A program made the position numbers and the translations under genes. From Candidatus Parcubacteria bacterium (GTDB lineage: Bacteria > Patescibacteriota > Microgenomatia > Levybacterales > UBA12049), in the NCBI GenBank assembly GCA_039798685.1, contig JBDKFM010000001.1, positions 1 through 45,727 on the forward strand: a stretch of DNA of 45,727 nt, written 5' to 3'. The notes under the pieces are model-generated. The model was given only the letters and a program-made list of their open reading frames with translations. It had not been told where the DNA came from and did no database searches. This document shows positions 25,126-35,539 of this stretch, piece after piece. Position 1 is the first letter of the stretch; every line of letters starts with the position of its first letter.

Positions 25126-25707
25126 CTATACCACTAAAGTACTGAAATAAACAATTAATGTTAACATAATTCCCATTACGCAGCCAACTACTGTTTCTTT
25201 TAGACTATGACGCTTAATTGTAATCCTCGACCAGGCGACAATGGGAATTGCGAGAAGGAGAAGCACATACATCCCACCGTACAGCAATGCAAAGACAGTA
25301 AAAAAAGCTGAGACAGTCGCAACATGCAAGCTTGCTTTAATTTTTCTGTTCACAAACCCTAGCGCAACAGCACTCCCCAGTACACCTCCAACTGCGATAA
25401 AAAGTGAAAACGGGCCTCTCAAAATTACAAGACTTCCGAGATACAGTAAAGAGACAAAAATCACATAGACAAAGAACAACGGTCGCTGCTCTTTTTTGGA
25501 AACATCGATGTCACTAAATACATGACGTTTCACTTCATAAAAAACAAACGCACCAATCATGAGTAGAAAAACAACTGAAAAAAATGTCCATCGTATTGCA
25601 ACTGAGATACTATCCGTCTCATGATAGACGAGAAGAAACGGAAGAGGAATTGCGATAAAAAATGGATTTGTAACGAAAGAAATAAAACGGGCAAGTGAAA
25701 CACGCAT
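25126..25707 (-). CDS. Polytopic membrane protein, possibly a divergent PAP2-like phosphatase
   Basis: Six hydrophobic spans. C-terminal WSRITIKRHSLKE fits SRx5Hx3(D/E), but the other PAP2 motifs are weak (ASLHVA, KKEQRP). Confidence 0.35.
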   Translation of the reverse strand: MRVSLARFISFVTNPFFIAIPLPFLLVYHETDSISVAIRWTFFSVVFLLMIGAFVFYEVKRHVFSDIDVSKKEQRPLFFVYVIFVSLLYLGSLVILRGPFSLFIAVGGVLGSAVALGFVNRKIKASLHVATVSAFFTVFALLYGGMYVLLLLAIPIVAWSRITIKRHSLKETVVGCVMGIMLTLIVYFSTLVV

Positions 25708-25709
25708 GT

Positions 25710-27122
25710 CTAAAAATATCTTCTCAGCCGTTCAAGCGTCTTTTCTTTTCCAAGATATTCCATAAATTGAGGTAACGGAAGCCCCTGAGGATTTCCCGTC
25801 AACAACACATAGGCAATTTTCATCGACACCTGCTTCTCCGCACAAAATGATTTTAATACCCGTAATATTTCATCTTCTCTCCACGATGTATCAGAAACTA
25901 CTGCTAATGTATCGAGTAGGAATTTTGCCAGACCAATTTGCTCATTTTCATACCGATCCTCCCGTGCTGGACTTTTCAAAAAAGACTGAAAATCCTTAAG
26001 TGTCTTCATACGTGTTTTTGTCAATTCAAGTAGTCTGCTCCTGCGGGAAACATCCTCATCCTGCAAGATACTCATGATATCCTGATCATCTCTGTAAAAA
26101 TCTGATAGCCTCTCAAGAAGCTCCTTCTCAGTTAATACTTCACGTATATAAACACCGTTCATCCACTCAAGTTTTTGAATGTCGAACACCGGCCCGGTCG
26201 TATGCACAGAGCCAAGTGAAAATAACTGAATAAACTCGTCGAGTGAAAACACTTCCTTTCCTTCCGGGTGACTCCAACTCATGAGTGAAAGATAATTAAT
26301 AACTGCCTCCCGCAGATATCCCTCTGACAGATACCATGATGCCCAAACAGCATTCTTCCGTTTTGACAATTTGGACTTATCGGGGTTTCTAAGGATAGGA
26401 AGATGCGCAAAAAGAGGTAACTCCCAACCGAATGACTCATAGAGTAAGACATGCTTTGGTGTCGATGAAATCCATTCTTCAGCACGAATGACATGTGATA
26501 TTTCCATCAGATGATCATCAATTACGACCCCAAGATGATAGGTCGGATACCCATCTGATTTCATGAGCACCTGATCATCAACCTCATCTGAGTTAAAAAT
26601 TATTTCCCCCCTAATGACGTCATTAAATGACATCTTTTTACCGGGAACAACATTTAAGCGGATCACATATGACTCACCACTGGCGATCCTCTCCCCAGCA
26701 TTTATGACATGTTGCAGGCAATATTTATCGTAGCGTGGTGTTTTTTTTGCACTCTGCTGCTCATTTCTCAACGCATCGAGTCTGTCTTTCGTACAAAAAC
26801 AATAATAGGCTGCCCCTTTGGATATGAGCTCTTCCGCATATTTTTTGTAAAGCGGCAATCGCTCGGATTGACGATATGGCGCAAATTTACCTCCGATATC
26901 CGGACCCTCATCGTACCTGAGACCATATGCGTTTACTGATCTCAAAATCTTCTGCTCAGCCCCCTCCTGAAACCTGGTTCTATCAGTATCTTCTATACGA
27001 ATTATAAATTCCCCATCATGCTTTTTCGCTACAGCGAAATTAATGAGCGCAGTATAAAGATTCCCTATATGGATATCCTCTCCGGTTGGACTTGGTGCGA
27101 TGCGTGTTCGTACAGTTTTCAT
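25710..27122 (-). CDS. gltX: Glutamate--tRNA ligase
   Basis: RIAPSPTGEDIHIGN (HIGH), KLSKR (KMSKS), class I Glx core. 470 aa. Confidence 0.95.
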   Translation of the reverse strand: MKTVRTRIAPSPTGEDIHIGNLYTALINFAVAKKHDGEFIIRIEDTDRTRFQEGAEQKILRSVNAYGLRYDEGPDIGGKFAPYRQSERLPLYKKYAEELISKGAAYYCFCTKDRLDALRNEQQSAKKTPRYDKYCLQHVINAGERIASGESYVIRLNVVPGKKMSFNDVIRGEIIFNSDEVDDQVLMKSDGYPTYHLGVVIDDHLMEISHVIRAEEWISSTPKHVLLYESFGWELPLFAHLPILRNPDKSKLSKRKNAVWASWYLSEGYLREAVINYLSLMSWSHPEGKEVFSLDEFIQLFSLGSVHTTGPVFDIQKLEWMNGVYIREVLTEKELLERLSDFYRDDQDIMSILQDEDVSRRSRLLELTKTRMKTLKDFQSFLKSPAREDRYENEQIGLAKFLLDTLAVVSDTSWREDEILRVLKSFCAEKQVSMKIAYVLLTGNPQGLPLPQFMEYLGKEKTLERLRRYF

Positions 27123-27257
27123 AAATGTCGTAAAGCTCTGAGAGGATGTACCATTATATACCTCCCAGTAAGACGCACCGACCGGTACGTCTCTTGCATT
27201 CTACATCAAGCATTTTTTATACTCAAGATACGCTTATATTTTTAAGTCTATTACCTC

Positions 27258-28367
27258 ATGCCTACACTTCATGATGTTACCGATAAAACAAAGCTCCTTT
27301 TGAAATGGGGTGGCATTACACTCGGTGCATTTCTTGCCATCCTCCTTCTCTACAGGGGAGGATTATTCGTAAAAAACACATTTTTCCCCAAAAAAGCACC
27401 TCCTCCGGCAGCAGCGTTCGGAAAACTCGACCCTATCGTCTTTCCTCAAACAAATACTTCAAATTCACTAAGCTATACAATTGACACTGTCACAGGAAAG
27501 CTCCCCGAACTTTTTGATGAAAACAAAAATCCCCGGGATAGAATTTCTGTACACAAACTACTGCGCTCAGAACTCACACTCCTTGATTTGCAGGATACGA
27601 GAAAGAGCGTCCAAAAGGCAGGATTTACAGGTACAGGCGTTCAGATCTCAGGAGACATCTATAGATTTCAAAAATACGAGACTTTACCGAAGACGCTAGA
27701 TATCGATATAGTCTCAAGAAACTTTACTCTCTCATCGGCATTTGCATTTAATGAGATGATCTTACAAGGGGGTAGTCTCCCGCAAGGAGCAGATGCAATC
27801 CGCATAACGACTACTCTCGCAAAGACATTAGGTGCATCTACAGATGATATCGATACGACAAAGACGAAGATCCAGTTACTTCGCCTAAAAAACGGGGTAC
27901 TCTTAGATGCGGAAACGCGTGAGGAAGCACAAATCATACGGATTGATTACTTCCAGAATGCTCAAAACCAACTACCAATCTATTATCCAAAAGGAGTTTA
28001 CTCTACGATGTATTTCCTCGTCGGATCGTCGACAAAAAAAGATTCCGGTATCGTTCTAAGCAACTTCTTTCATCAAAGAATCGGAGAGCAACAATCTACG
28101 TATCCGATCAAGTCCGTACAGACAGCGTTTTCTGAATTAAAGGAGGGGAAAGGATACATAGCCGCTAATTTCGTCAAGGGCTCAACAATTCAGATAAAAG
28201 ACATATTTCTTGGATATTATCTGGGCAATGAGTACGAAGAATATCTTATGCCGATATACATCTTTAAAGGCAGAGAGGATGAATTCTATGCGTATGTCTC
28301 CGCAATCAGCGAAGATTTGATTAAGACGACGGCTTCCTTAACTCCTGCTTCGGGACAAAATAAGTAA
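27258..28367 (+). CDS. Membrane-anchored extracytoplasmic hypothetical protein
   Basis: N-terminal TM WGGITLGAFLAILLLY followed by ~330 aa with no recognised motif. Promoter TTGCAT-18-TATACT at 27194..27223. The 3' end overlaps the convergent carboxypeptidase gene by 47 nt. Confidence 0.6.
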   Translation: MPTLHDVTDKTKLLLKWGGITLGAFLAILLLYRGGLFVKNTFFPKKAPPPAAAFGKLDPIVFPQTNTSNSLSYTIDTVTGKLPELFDENKNPRDRISVHKLLRSELTLLDLQDTRKSVQKAGFTGTGVQISGDIYRFQKYETLPKTLDIDIVSRNFTLSSAFAFNEMILQGGSLPQGADAIRITTTLAKTLGASTDDIDTTKTKIQLLRLKNGVLLDAETREEAQIIRIDYFQNAQNQLPIYYPKGVYSTMYFLVGSSTKKDSGIVLSNFFHQRIGEQQSTYPIKSVQTAFSELKEGKGYIAANFVKGSTIQIKDIFLGYYLGNEYEEYLMPIYIFKGREDEFYAYVSAISEDLIKTTASLTPASGQNK

Positions 28368-29274
28368 TATTATTGGAGAGCAAGTTGAGCAGGCTTTGTG
28401 TGTCTCCGAACCTGTCAGAACTCTGCATCACGACGATTATATAGAGTCTCCCATCCTCGACTTTTGCCGTCGTCAGCACGCCTCCTGCTCCCGTTGTCTG
28501 ACCGGTTTTAATCCCGATGACACCATCAACACCCAAAAGTTTGTTAATATTAAAAACGTCATACACATTTCCCGCGACTGTTGAGAAGACTTTTTCTTTC
28601 GTACTCACGATTGCAGAAAATCTCGTGTCTTTCATCGCCTCTGAGCAAAGAAGCGCAAGATCTGAGACAGTCGTAAAGCTGGCATCGTCCTCAAGCCCGG
28701 CAGGATCTGCAAAGTGCGTGTTTTGCAGATGAAAACTTCTCGCTTTTTGATTCATCTGTTCAACAAATGCTTGTACACCCCCGGGATAATTTTCAGCGAT
28801 AGTGTATGCTGCATCATTTCCAGATGGAAGCATCATCGCATACAATATATCCTTAAAATATAACTGTTCTCCTTTCTGCAATCCGACAACAGTCCCTTCG
28901 TATCCATCTCCCATCACTGTCAGAACTGCATCCATCTCGTAATAATCCAACGCAACAAGCGCCGTCATAATCTTTGCTGTAGAAGCAGTTGAGAGACGAA
29001 GGGTAGGATTTTTTACAAAAAGCTCACGCTTTGTTTTGTTATCAATAATGATCGCACTTTGCGCTGTGACATAAGGTTCATAAAAATATCGGAAGAGCGG
29101 ATATGGCTCAATAAGAACTGACTGAACTCTTATAGGGAGCGATCTACTCTCGACACTGCGTATAACAAGAAGATTCACAAAAACCAACACTGCAAGAACC
29201 AGGACGAGAAAATAGGGAACAACATACAGGAGAAAATTACTTCTTTTTTTCTGAGGAATCTTTGTCTTTTTCAT
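28321..29274 (-). CDS. D-alanyl-D-alanine carboxypeptidase (S11, PBP5-like)
   Basis: SxxK (STAK in LSTASTAKIMT), SxN (PSGNDAA) and KTG (IKTGQT). N-terminal TM anchor. Confidence 0.88.
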   Translation of the reverse strand: MKKTKIPQKKRSNFLLYVVPYFLVLVLAVLVFVNLLVIRSVESRSLPIRVQSVLIEPYPLFRYFYEPYVTAQSAIIIDNKTKRELFVKNPTLRLSTASTAKIMTALVALDYYEMDAVLTVMGDGYEGTVVGLQKGEQLYFKDILYAMMLPSGNDAAYTIAENYPGGVQAFVEQMNQKARSFHLQNTHFADPAGLEDDASFTTVSDLALLCSEAMKDTRFSAIVSTKEKVFSTVAGNVYDVFNINKLLGVDGVIGIKTGQTTGAGGVLTTAKVEDGRLYIIVVMQSSDRFGDTQSLLNLLSNNITYFVPKQELRKPSS

Positions 29275-30613
29275 GTAATGTCGCTAATCGCACATCTACC
29301 CGCTCCATATCTCTTGGAAAGAGTGATGCCTCTCGAACATTCTGAAGTTCAAGTAATTTCATTGTAAGTCTTTCAAGCCCGAAAGAAAATCCACCTTCTG
29401 GTGGCATCCCGAATTTAAACGCCATAAGATAAAGAGGAAAATTTTCGGGATTCACGCCCTTTGCCTGCATCGCTGCGATAAGTTTCTCATGATCATGTAT
29501 CCTCTGACTTCCACTGAGAATCTCGAGTCCCCTAAACAAAAGATCGTATGAGAGGCTATACTCAGGATCTTTCGGGTCTGGCATAGTATAGAACGCACGC
29601 TTTTTTGTAGGAAAATGGGTAATCGTGACAAAATCAGACCCTTTTTCTTCTTTTGCCCATACACAGATTTCTTTCTCGTCTTCAGGATTAAGATCCATCT
29701 CTTTCGAAAGATCTCGACCTGTTCTTTCCTGCACAATTGCCTGCGCCTCACGAAGTGTCAGTCGTGGCACGCTCTTTGGAACAAGCGGCACCTCGACACC
29801 GTATTGCTTCAAAATTTCAGGATACAACTCACTCACTTTCTTAATCATCCCCGTTCCGACAAACTCCAACGCATCAAGAAGTTCAGTAAAATCCTCAATA
29901 AATGCCATCTCGATATCCATCTGGGTCGCTTCTGAGATATGCCTCGTCGTCACTGACGGCTCAGCACGATATGCTTTTGCAATCGTATACACACGTTCGA
30001 GAACTCCAACCATTATTTGCTTATACAATTGTGGACTTTGTGTGAGAAACGCGCGATATTCATAATACTCAATCGGAAAAACCTCAGCTCCTCCCTCAGT
30101 CGCCCCAGCTGCTATTGTCGGAACAAAAATTTCAGTACAATCAAGCGCTTCTGCATGTTTCCGGAATTGATCTGCAAGCGCAGCCTGAATGACAAAAATA
30201 TTTGCAACTTTCTGATGCTTTAGTGTCAGCGAGCGATAATCAAGAAGTGTCGGGAGTTCAACATGCAGCTCTTTCCCTCCCATATCAAACGGCATCTCTG
30301 AAGCTGCATGAAGTAGAGAAACCTCGACTGCCTCAAGCTCCAAATCTCCAAACGGAACTTCTTCATTGATGTATTTTTCACCGCGCTTTTTGACAATTCC
30401 TCTTACAGAAATAACATCTTGCGAATGAAGTCCTGAGACTATTTTTGCAAGCTCAGGCGAGAATGCTCCAACCTGAAGGATACCTGAACGATCACGAATA
30501 TCGAAAAATGCGATCTTTCCATGTGCACGAACCGTCTGCACCCAGCCTGAAAGGACTACTTCGTCACCAACTTTTGATGAAAGTTCATAAATAAGTGTTC
30601 GCTTTTTTACCAT
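29237..30613 (-). CDS. aspS: Aspartate--tRNA ligase, archaeal/type 2 form
   Basis: OB-fold N-terminus. Class IIb motifs FLTQSPQLYKQ, YRAEPSVTTRHISE and GGFSFGLERL. About 458 aa from ATG 30613 (the track starts at GTG 30628). The 3' end overlaps the next gene start by 38 nt. Confidence 0.88.
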   Translation of the reverse strand: MVKKRTLIYELSSKVGDEVVLSGWVQTVRAHGKIAFFDIRDRSGILQVGAFSPELAKIVSGLHSQDVISVRGIVKKRGEKYINEEVPFGDLELEAVEVSLLHAASEMPFDMGGKELHVELPTLLDYRSLTLKHQKVANIFVIQAALADQFRKHAEALDCTEIFVPTIAAGATEGGAEVFPIEYYEYRAFLTQSPQLYKQIMVGVLERVYTIAKAYRAEPSVTTRHISEATQMDIEMAFIEDFTELLDALEFVGTGMIKKVSELYPEILKQYGVEVPLVPKSVPRLTLREAQAIVQERTGRDLSKEMDLNPEDEKEICVWAKEEKGSDFVTITHFPTKKRAFYTMPDPKDPEYSLSYDLLFRGLEILSGSQRIHDHEKLIAAMQAKGVNPENFPLYLMAFKFGMPPEGGFSFGLERLTMKLLELQNVREASLFPRDMERVDVRLATLHEKDKDSSEKKK

Positions 30614-30680
30614 ATGTAGATATAACACGCGTCATTTATCCCGCACATTACGATTCGTATTCTAACTCGAATCAGGATCA

Positions 30681-30709
30681 TTGACAAGCACTACTCCCTA
30701 CATTACACT
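30681..30709 (+). promoter_or_regulatory. Sigma70-type promoter of the 134-aa hypothetical gene (leadered, with SD)
   Basis: TTGACA (30681..30686), 17-nt spacer, TACACT (30704..30709), 25-nt leader with GAAGGA at 30722..30727. Confidence 0.55.
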
Positions 30710-30734
30710 ACATCGTGTTCAGAAGGAATAGAGT

Positions 30735-31139
30735 ATGGTTGAACGGAAACACAGCGAACCGCCTCCAAGAGAGAAAATCATTTTTACCCCGGAAAGAATT
30801 AACCCGGTGATTGAAGGAGGATCAATAATAAAAATTAGTTGCCCGAGAAAAGTTCATGATCTCGTAAGATTCTTCTCTGAAGACATTCAAACTCCATTTA
30901 CTTTCGAAACTCTTCGGAATCTAAATACTATCGCGTTCAAAAATGATATTACAATTGTTACCGAGGCAGACGGATTCGTCCTCGCTTTGGTTGGCGATGC
31001 AGGATCATATCCTGCCCAAGTAGCTGAGAGCGTCACCCTCTCTCTAGCTCCAGTTGATCCGGAGATGTTTGAGGTCCTACTAGGTGAACCTGTACCAACA
31101 ATTCCTAATCCACAAGGATATGGATATCAACTTCGATAA
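30735..31139 (+). CDS. Hypothetical protein (134 aa)
   Basis: Own promoter and one of the few clear SD sequences in the window. No recognisable motif. Confidence 0.55.
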   Translation: MVERKHSEPPPREKIIFTPERINPVIEGGSIIKISCPRKVHDLVRFFSEDIQTPFTFETLRNLNTIAFKNDITIVTEADGFVLALVGDAGSYPAQVAESVTLSLAPVDPEMFEVLLGEPVPTIPNPQGYGYQLR

Positions 31140-31175
31140 ATCGCAATCGAAGTATTTGTAACCACTTCGTATATC

Positions 31176-32858
31176 TTATGATTTTTTCACGAAATCTTTA
31201 AGCTTCAGCTGCAAACTCTTTCTCCCGTTCCATTCATTTTCATCCAAATTAAATGCAACATCTATCATGTCACCGACTTTTATCTCGCTCACCCGCTCGC
31301 CCATCCCGAAACCGATTGCATCAACTGACAGAGACCCATCTGAAAGTTTCAGTTTCAGATGTTTTCCCTCCCGACCCAAAATCCTGATATCTGCAATCGT
31401 CGCAGAACTTGAGAATACAGGCTCCGGATTTCCTATACCAAAAGGGGCAAGTGTCTTCAGTGCTTCATATGTCTCCTGAGTAATCAATTCATATGGCAGT
31501 ACAACATCAACCAAGATACTTCTCGTAAGCTGCTCCTCAGTCAAGATATCTCCTGCTGCCCGTTCAAGAACACTTTTTAGTAAGGTAATTTTCTCCGTCT
31601 CAATAGTAAATCCCGCTGCCATAGGATGCCCCCCGACATTCACAAAATATTCCGATTGCGTCCTGAGAAACTCGATGATATTAAATCCCTTAATGGACCT
31701 GACTGAGGCCTTGCTTTGCGTGTTACCAATCGCGATAACAATTGCCGGACGATAATATTTTTCAACAAGCTTTCCGGCGATAAGCCCAATTACTCCCTGG
31801 GGATACGATTCATGGGCGACTAAAAGTATTTTCTCCTTCTCCCAGACACCATCTGCAAGCTGCCCTATCGCATGCTCCGTTGCAAGCATCGTCTCCTCCT
31901 GCCTGAATCTATTTACCTCTCCAAGAGCATCTGCCAGCTCTTTCGCCCGCCTAGAATCTCTCGTGCACAAGAGTCTCAGGCTATCCATCGCAGACTCCAT
32001 GCGTCCTGCCGCATTAAGACGTGGAGATATCTGGTGCCCGATCTGATACACCTCTATTGATCTCTGCTCAATACCTGCCTCTGCAAAAAGAGCACGCAAC
32101 CCAACACGTGTTGTTTTTCTGAGTTCGGGTAATCCAAATTTTACAATTGCCCGGTTTCCATCAATCAATGGAACCATATCTGCAATTGTCGCTAGCGCTG
32201 CAAAGACGAGATGGTCTGTCAAATGTTCGCGGAGCAGGGTTTGATCATTTTGGATGAACTCTTTTGCGACAACCCAGGCGATTCCCGCACCACAAAGTTT
32301 TGTCGTATGAACGATAGAAAACGCGTCCGGAAGCACATGCTTTTCATCCTCATGTGGAAGATGATGATCGGTGATAATCACATCAATGTTCTGTGACTTC
32401 GCAAACGTTACTGCTTCATTTGCTACAATCCCGTTATCGACGGTAATGATAAGAGTTGTTTCCGGATATTGTGTCAATACATTTGTGATCCCGGATACTG
32501 AGAGCCCATACCCTTCATCAACCCTATGCGGAATATACGGCATCACTTTTGCTGTCTTATGATGAAGCGTCTCCCAAAGAATTGCGCTTGCACAAATTCC
32601 ATCAACATCATAATCACCAAAAATAATGATTTGCTCTCCCTTTTCAATCGCATTCTGTATCCGCAACACTGACCGCTGAAGTTGTTTCTTATCTATACCA
32701 ACACTTTTCGCGTTCACTGCCTCGAGTTTTGGAAAAACAAATTCAGCTTTTTGCTCCTCCGTCACAATCCCACGCAATGTCAGTAGATAAGCAAGTAGTT
32801 CTTCGGTCGTAGAAATATTGCCTTTTACATTCCCCCCATTTTTTAGTTCCCATTTCAT
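31176..32858 (-). CDS. recJ: Single-stranded-DNA-specific exonuclease RecJ
   Basis: DHH motifs: IFGDYDVDGI, TVDNG, VIITDHHLP. DHHA1 GGHPMAAG. 560 aa. Confidence 0.93.
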   Translation of the reverse strand: MKWELKNGGNVKGNISTTEELLAYLLTLRGIVTEEQKAEFVFPKLEAVNAKSVGIDKKQLQRSVLRIQNAIEKGEQIIIFGDYDVDGICASAILWETLHHKTAKVMPYIPHRVDEGYGLSVSGITNVLTQYPETTLIITVDNGIVANEAVTFAKSQNIDVIITDHHLPHEDEKHVLPDAFSIVHTTKLCGAGIAWVVAKEFIQNDQTLLREHLTDHLVFAALATIADMVPLIDGNRAIVKFGLPELRKTTRVGLRALFAEAGIEQRSIEVYQIGHQISPRLNAAGRMESAMDSLRLLCTRDSRRAKELADALGEVNRFRQEETMLATEHAIGQLADGVWEKEKILLVAHESYPQGVIGLIAGKLVEKYYRPAIVIAIGNTQSKASVRSIKGFNIIEFLRTQSEYFVNVGGHPMAAGFTIETEKITLLKSVLERAAGDILTEEQLTRSILVDVVLPYELITQETYEALKTLAPFGIGNPEPVFSSSATIADIRILGREGKHLKLKLSDGSLSVDAIGFGMGERVSEIKVGDMIDVAFNLDENEWNGRKSLQLKLKDFVKKS

Positions 32859-32972
32859 ATTATCTTCATTTTTGTCAGTAATTCATTCGAGAAAATTTCC
32901 GAGGAATCTTTGCAGATAACGACTCTAAATTGCAAATTTCAAATTAAAAATTATGCTGGTATACTATAGCAT

Positions 32973-34397
32973 ATGACTGACAGAATCCCTCCTTTTCTTT
33001 ATGATCTCGTCGACCGTTTTATGGAGCATGGTTACTCACTTTATCTTGTCGGAGGATGCGTTCGCGATCTTCTTCTCAATCGCGGTGTAAAAGATTGGGA
33101 TTTTACAACAAATGCGACACCAGAAGAAATTCTTACACTTTTTCCAGAAGGATTTTATGACAATGCATTTGGAACCGTAGGACTTCCCAGTGAGGTTCTG
33201 AAAAAATCCGGAATACCTGTAGACGAGACTTACGCAGAAAGTGTACTCGAGGTAACGACATTCCGGACAGAACACGGATACAGCGACCGCCGACACCCAA
33301 AGGTACAATGGGGTACTTCAATCGAAGAAGATCTAAAGAGACGAGATTTTACAATCAACGCAATTGCACTTCAGATACGCACAACGGCGGAAAAAACAGA
33401 TCTCCCTCATGACGATACATTCGTCATCATCGATCCTTTTCAAGGACAGGAGGATATACAAAAAAAAGTTATCCGCGCTGTAGGTGATCCCGATAAGAGG
33501 TTCAAGGAAGATGCACTCAGACTCATGCGGGCAATCCGTCTCGCGACTGAACTCTCATTTGTGATTGAAGAAAAAACATTCACAGCTCTCACCAGGGATG
33601 CCGCCCTTTTAGATGAGATTGCACATGAAAGAGTAAGAGATGAATTGATGCGAATTCTTGCAAGTGAATATCCCTATGAAGGTGTTATGCTTCTAAAAAA
33701 CACTGGACTTCTTGCACATATCCTTCCTGAACTTCTCGAGGGTGTCGATGTCTCACAAGAACGGCCTGGAAGGCATCATAAAACAGATGTCTTCACCCAT
33801 AACACGATGGCGCTAAAACTCTGTCCTTCAACAGATCCGGTAGTTCGCTTTGCAACACTTATTCATGACATCGCCAAACCACGCGTTGCTTCAACCGATA
33901 ACGAAGGCTATGTGATTTTCCACAATCATGAGATTGATGGTGCAAAGTTGGCATATCTTATTTGTGACCGCCTTCGGTTCTCAAAAAAGGACAGACGAAA
34001 AGTGGTCACACTTGTACGGTGGCATATGTTTACAGTAGATGAGAACACAACAGATGCCTCAATCCGCAGATTCATTCGTCATGTCGGAGTAGAAAATATT
34101 CAGGATATGATTGATCTCAGAATCGGTGATCGATTAGGAAGCGGCACACAAACTGCTGAAAGTTGGAGATTGAAATTATTTAAAAAACGGATAGAGGAAC
34201 AACTTGCTCCTGCTCCTTTTTCAATCAATGATCTGGCACTGGACGGAAACGATGTCATGCGAATACTCGATATCAAACCCGGAAGGCAGATCGGAGATAT
34301 TTTGCAAAAATTATTTGAGGAAGTAGACGAAGATCTTTCAAAAAACACAAAAGAATATTTAACCGAACGTATTCTCGTACTTGCAAAGCAGAAATAA
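32973..34397 (+). CDS. cca: CCA-adding tRNA nucleotidyltransferase with HD domain
   Basis: LYLVGGCVRDLLL, RRDFTINA and LIHDIAKP (HD). TATACT (32960..32965) lies 7 nt before the ATG. Both tRNA genes in the window lack an encoded CCA. Confidence 0.9.
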   Translation: MTDRIPPFLYDLVDRFMEHGYSLYLVGGCVRDLLLNRGVKDWDFTTNATPEEILTLFPEGFYDNAFGTVGLPSEVLKKSGIPVDETYAESVLEVTTFRTEHGYSDRRHPKVQWGTSIEEDLKRRDFTINAIALQIRTTAEKTDLPHDDTFVIIDPFQGQEDIQKKVIRAVGDPDKRFKEDALRLMRAIRLATELSFVIEEKTFTALTRDAALLDEIAHERVRDELMRILASEYPYEGVMLLKNTGLLAHILPELLEGVDVSQERPGRHHKTDVFTHNTMALKLCPSTDPVVRFATLIHDIAKPRVASTDNEGYVIFHNHEIDGAKLAYLICDRLRFSKKDRRKVVTLVRWHMFTVDENTTDASIRRFIRHVGVENIQDMIDLRIGDRLGSGTQTAESWRLKLFKKRIEEQLAPAPFSINDLALDGNDVMRILDIKPGRQIGDILQKLFEEVDEDLSKNTKEYLTERILVLAKQK

Positions 34398-34539
34398 CCT
34401 TGACTATAATTATTCTGACGCGTAGAATCTCCGGGTTTGTACATGGTTCGCGAATGAATTTATGACGCATTGTATCTTACAATTAATCGCCTAAGATTCT
34501 TCCTCCTCACAAAACGTAGCCTCTACCCGAAACACTCAT

Positions 34540-35538
34540 ATGATGAAAAATGTTCTTGAGGTAAATAATCTCACAAAAAAATTCGGCAACTTTACCGCAG
34601 TCAATAATATATCCTTTACCGTCAAAGAAGGAGAACTTCTGGGATTTCTCGGACCAAATGGTGCCGGAAAAACAACAACAATCCAGATGCTACTTTCTGT
34701 TCTAGCGCCTACCTCTGGAGAGATACTCTATTTTTGTAAAAATCTAAAACAACACCGAGAGGAAATTCTTGAACAGGTAAATTTTTCAACAACCTACATT
34801 AATCTTCCGTGGAATCTGACAATAAAAGAAAATTTAACTTTTATGTCATATCTCTACACCATTAAGAATAGAAAGAAAAAAGTAGACGAGATTATTGAGG
34901 TTTTCAAACTCAGCAAGCTCGCAAATCATCAAATGCACCAACTCTCAGCAGGTCAGATCACCAGAGTTAACCTCGCAAAAGCATTTCTAAATAATCCTAA
35001 AGTTCTACTTCTTGATGAACCAACCGCCTCCCTTGATCCAGACATTGCAGCCTACATAAGGAGCTTAATCATGGAAAAAAATAAACAAGAAGGACTTTCA
35101 GTAATTCTCACTTCTCACAACATGGCGGAGGTTGAGGAAGTATGCGATCGCGTAATGTTTATTAATAAAGGAAAAATTATTGCAGACGATGCTCCTGAAA
35201 ATCTATCAAAATCAATAGAGATATGCCACATTGAACTACTGGTCAGAAAAGAATCTGAAAAACTTGTTGTGTTCTGTAAGAAAATGAAATTAAAATATTC
35301 TCAAAAAGCAAAAAATATTACAGTAATTGATGTAAAAGAAAAAGAGATTCCTGAATTTTTACGAGGAGTTATGGATGCAGGAATTCAGTACGATGAAATC
35401 AGTATAGAAAAACCCACTCTCGAAGATTATTTCTTGCAAGTATCAAACGAGGCGCTTGATGCAGATGATAAGCCTTCTGACAGTCACGCAAGTGGTTCAT
35501 TTCCACACGAAAAAACAGAGAGACTTGTAAAAGACTAA
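34540..35538 (+). CDS. ABC transporter ATP-binding protein (ABC-2/DrrA-like)
   Basis: Walker A GPNGAGKTT, signature LSAGQ, Walker B LLLDEPT, H-loop TSHNM. Confidence 0.92.
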   Translation: MMKNVLEVNNLTKKFGNFTAVNNISFTVKEGELLGFLGPNGAGKTTTIQMLLSVLAPTSGEILYFCKNLKQHREEILEQVNFSTTYINLPWNLTIKENLTFMSYLYTIKNRKKKVDEIIEVFKLSKLANHQMHQLSAGQITRVNLAKAFLNNPKVLLLDEPTASLDPDIAAYIRSLIMEKNKQEGLSVILTSHNMAEVEEVCDRVMFINKGKIIADDAPENLSKSIEICHIELLVRKESEKLVVFCKKMKLKYSQKAKNITVIDVKEKEIPEFLRGVMDAGIQYDEISIEKPTLEDYFLQVSNEALDADDKPSDSHASGSFPHEKTERLVKD

Positions 35539-35539
35539 T

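Noticed and set aside
34398-34539. Possible riboswitch or leader upstream of the ABC transporter. The 142-nt gap has a TGACGC direct repeat, a TTCGCGAA palindrome and a CCUCC tract.
   Set aside because: There is no terminator or anti-terminator pair, no SD to sequester and no match to any riboswitch core I recognise. It is probably ordinary promoter DNA.
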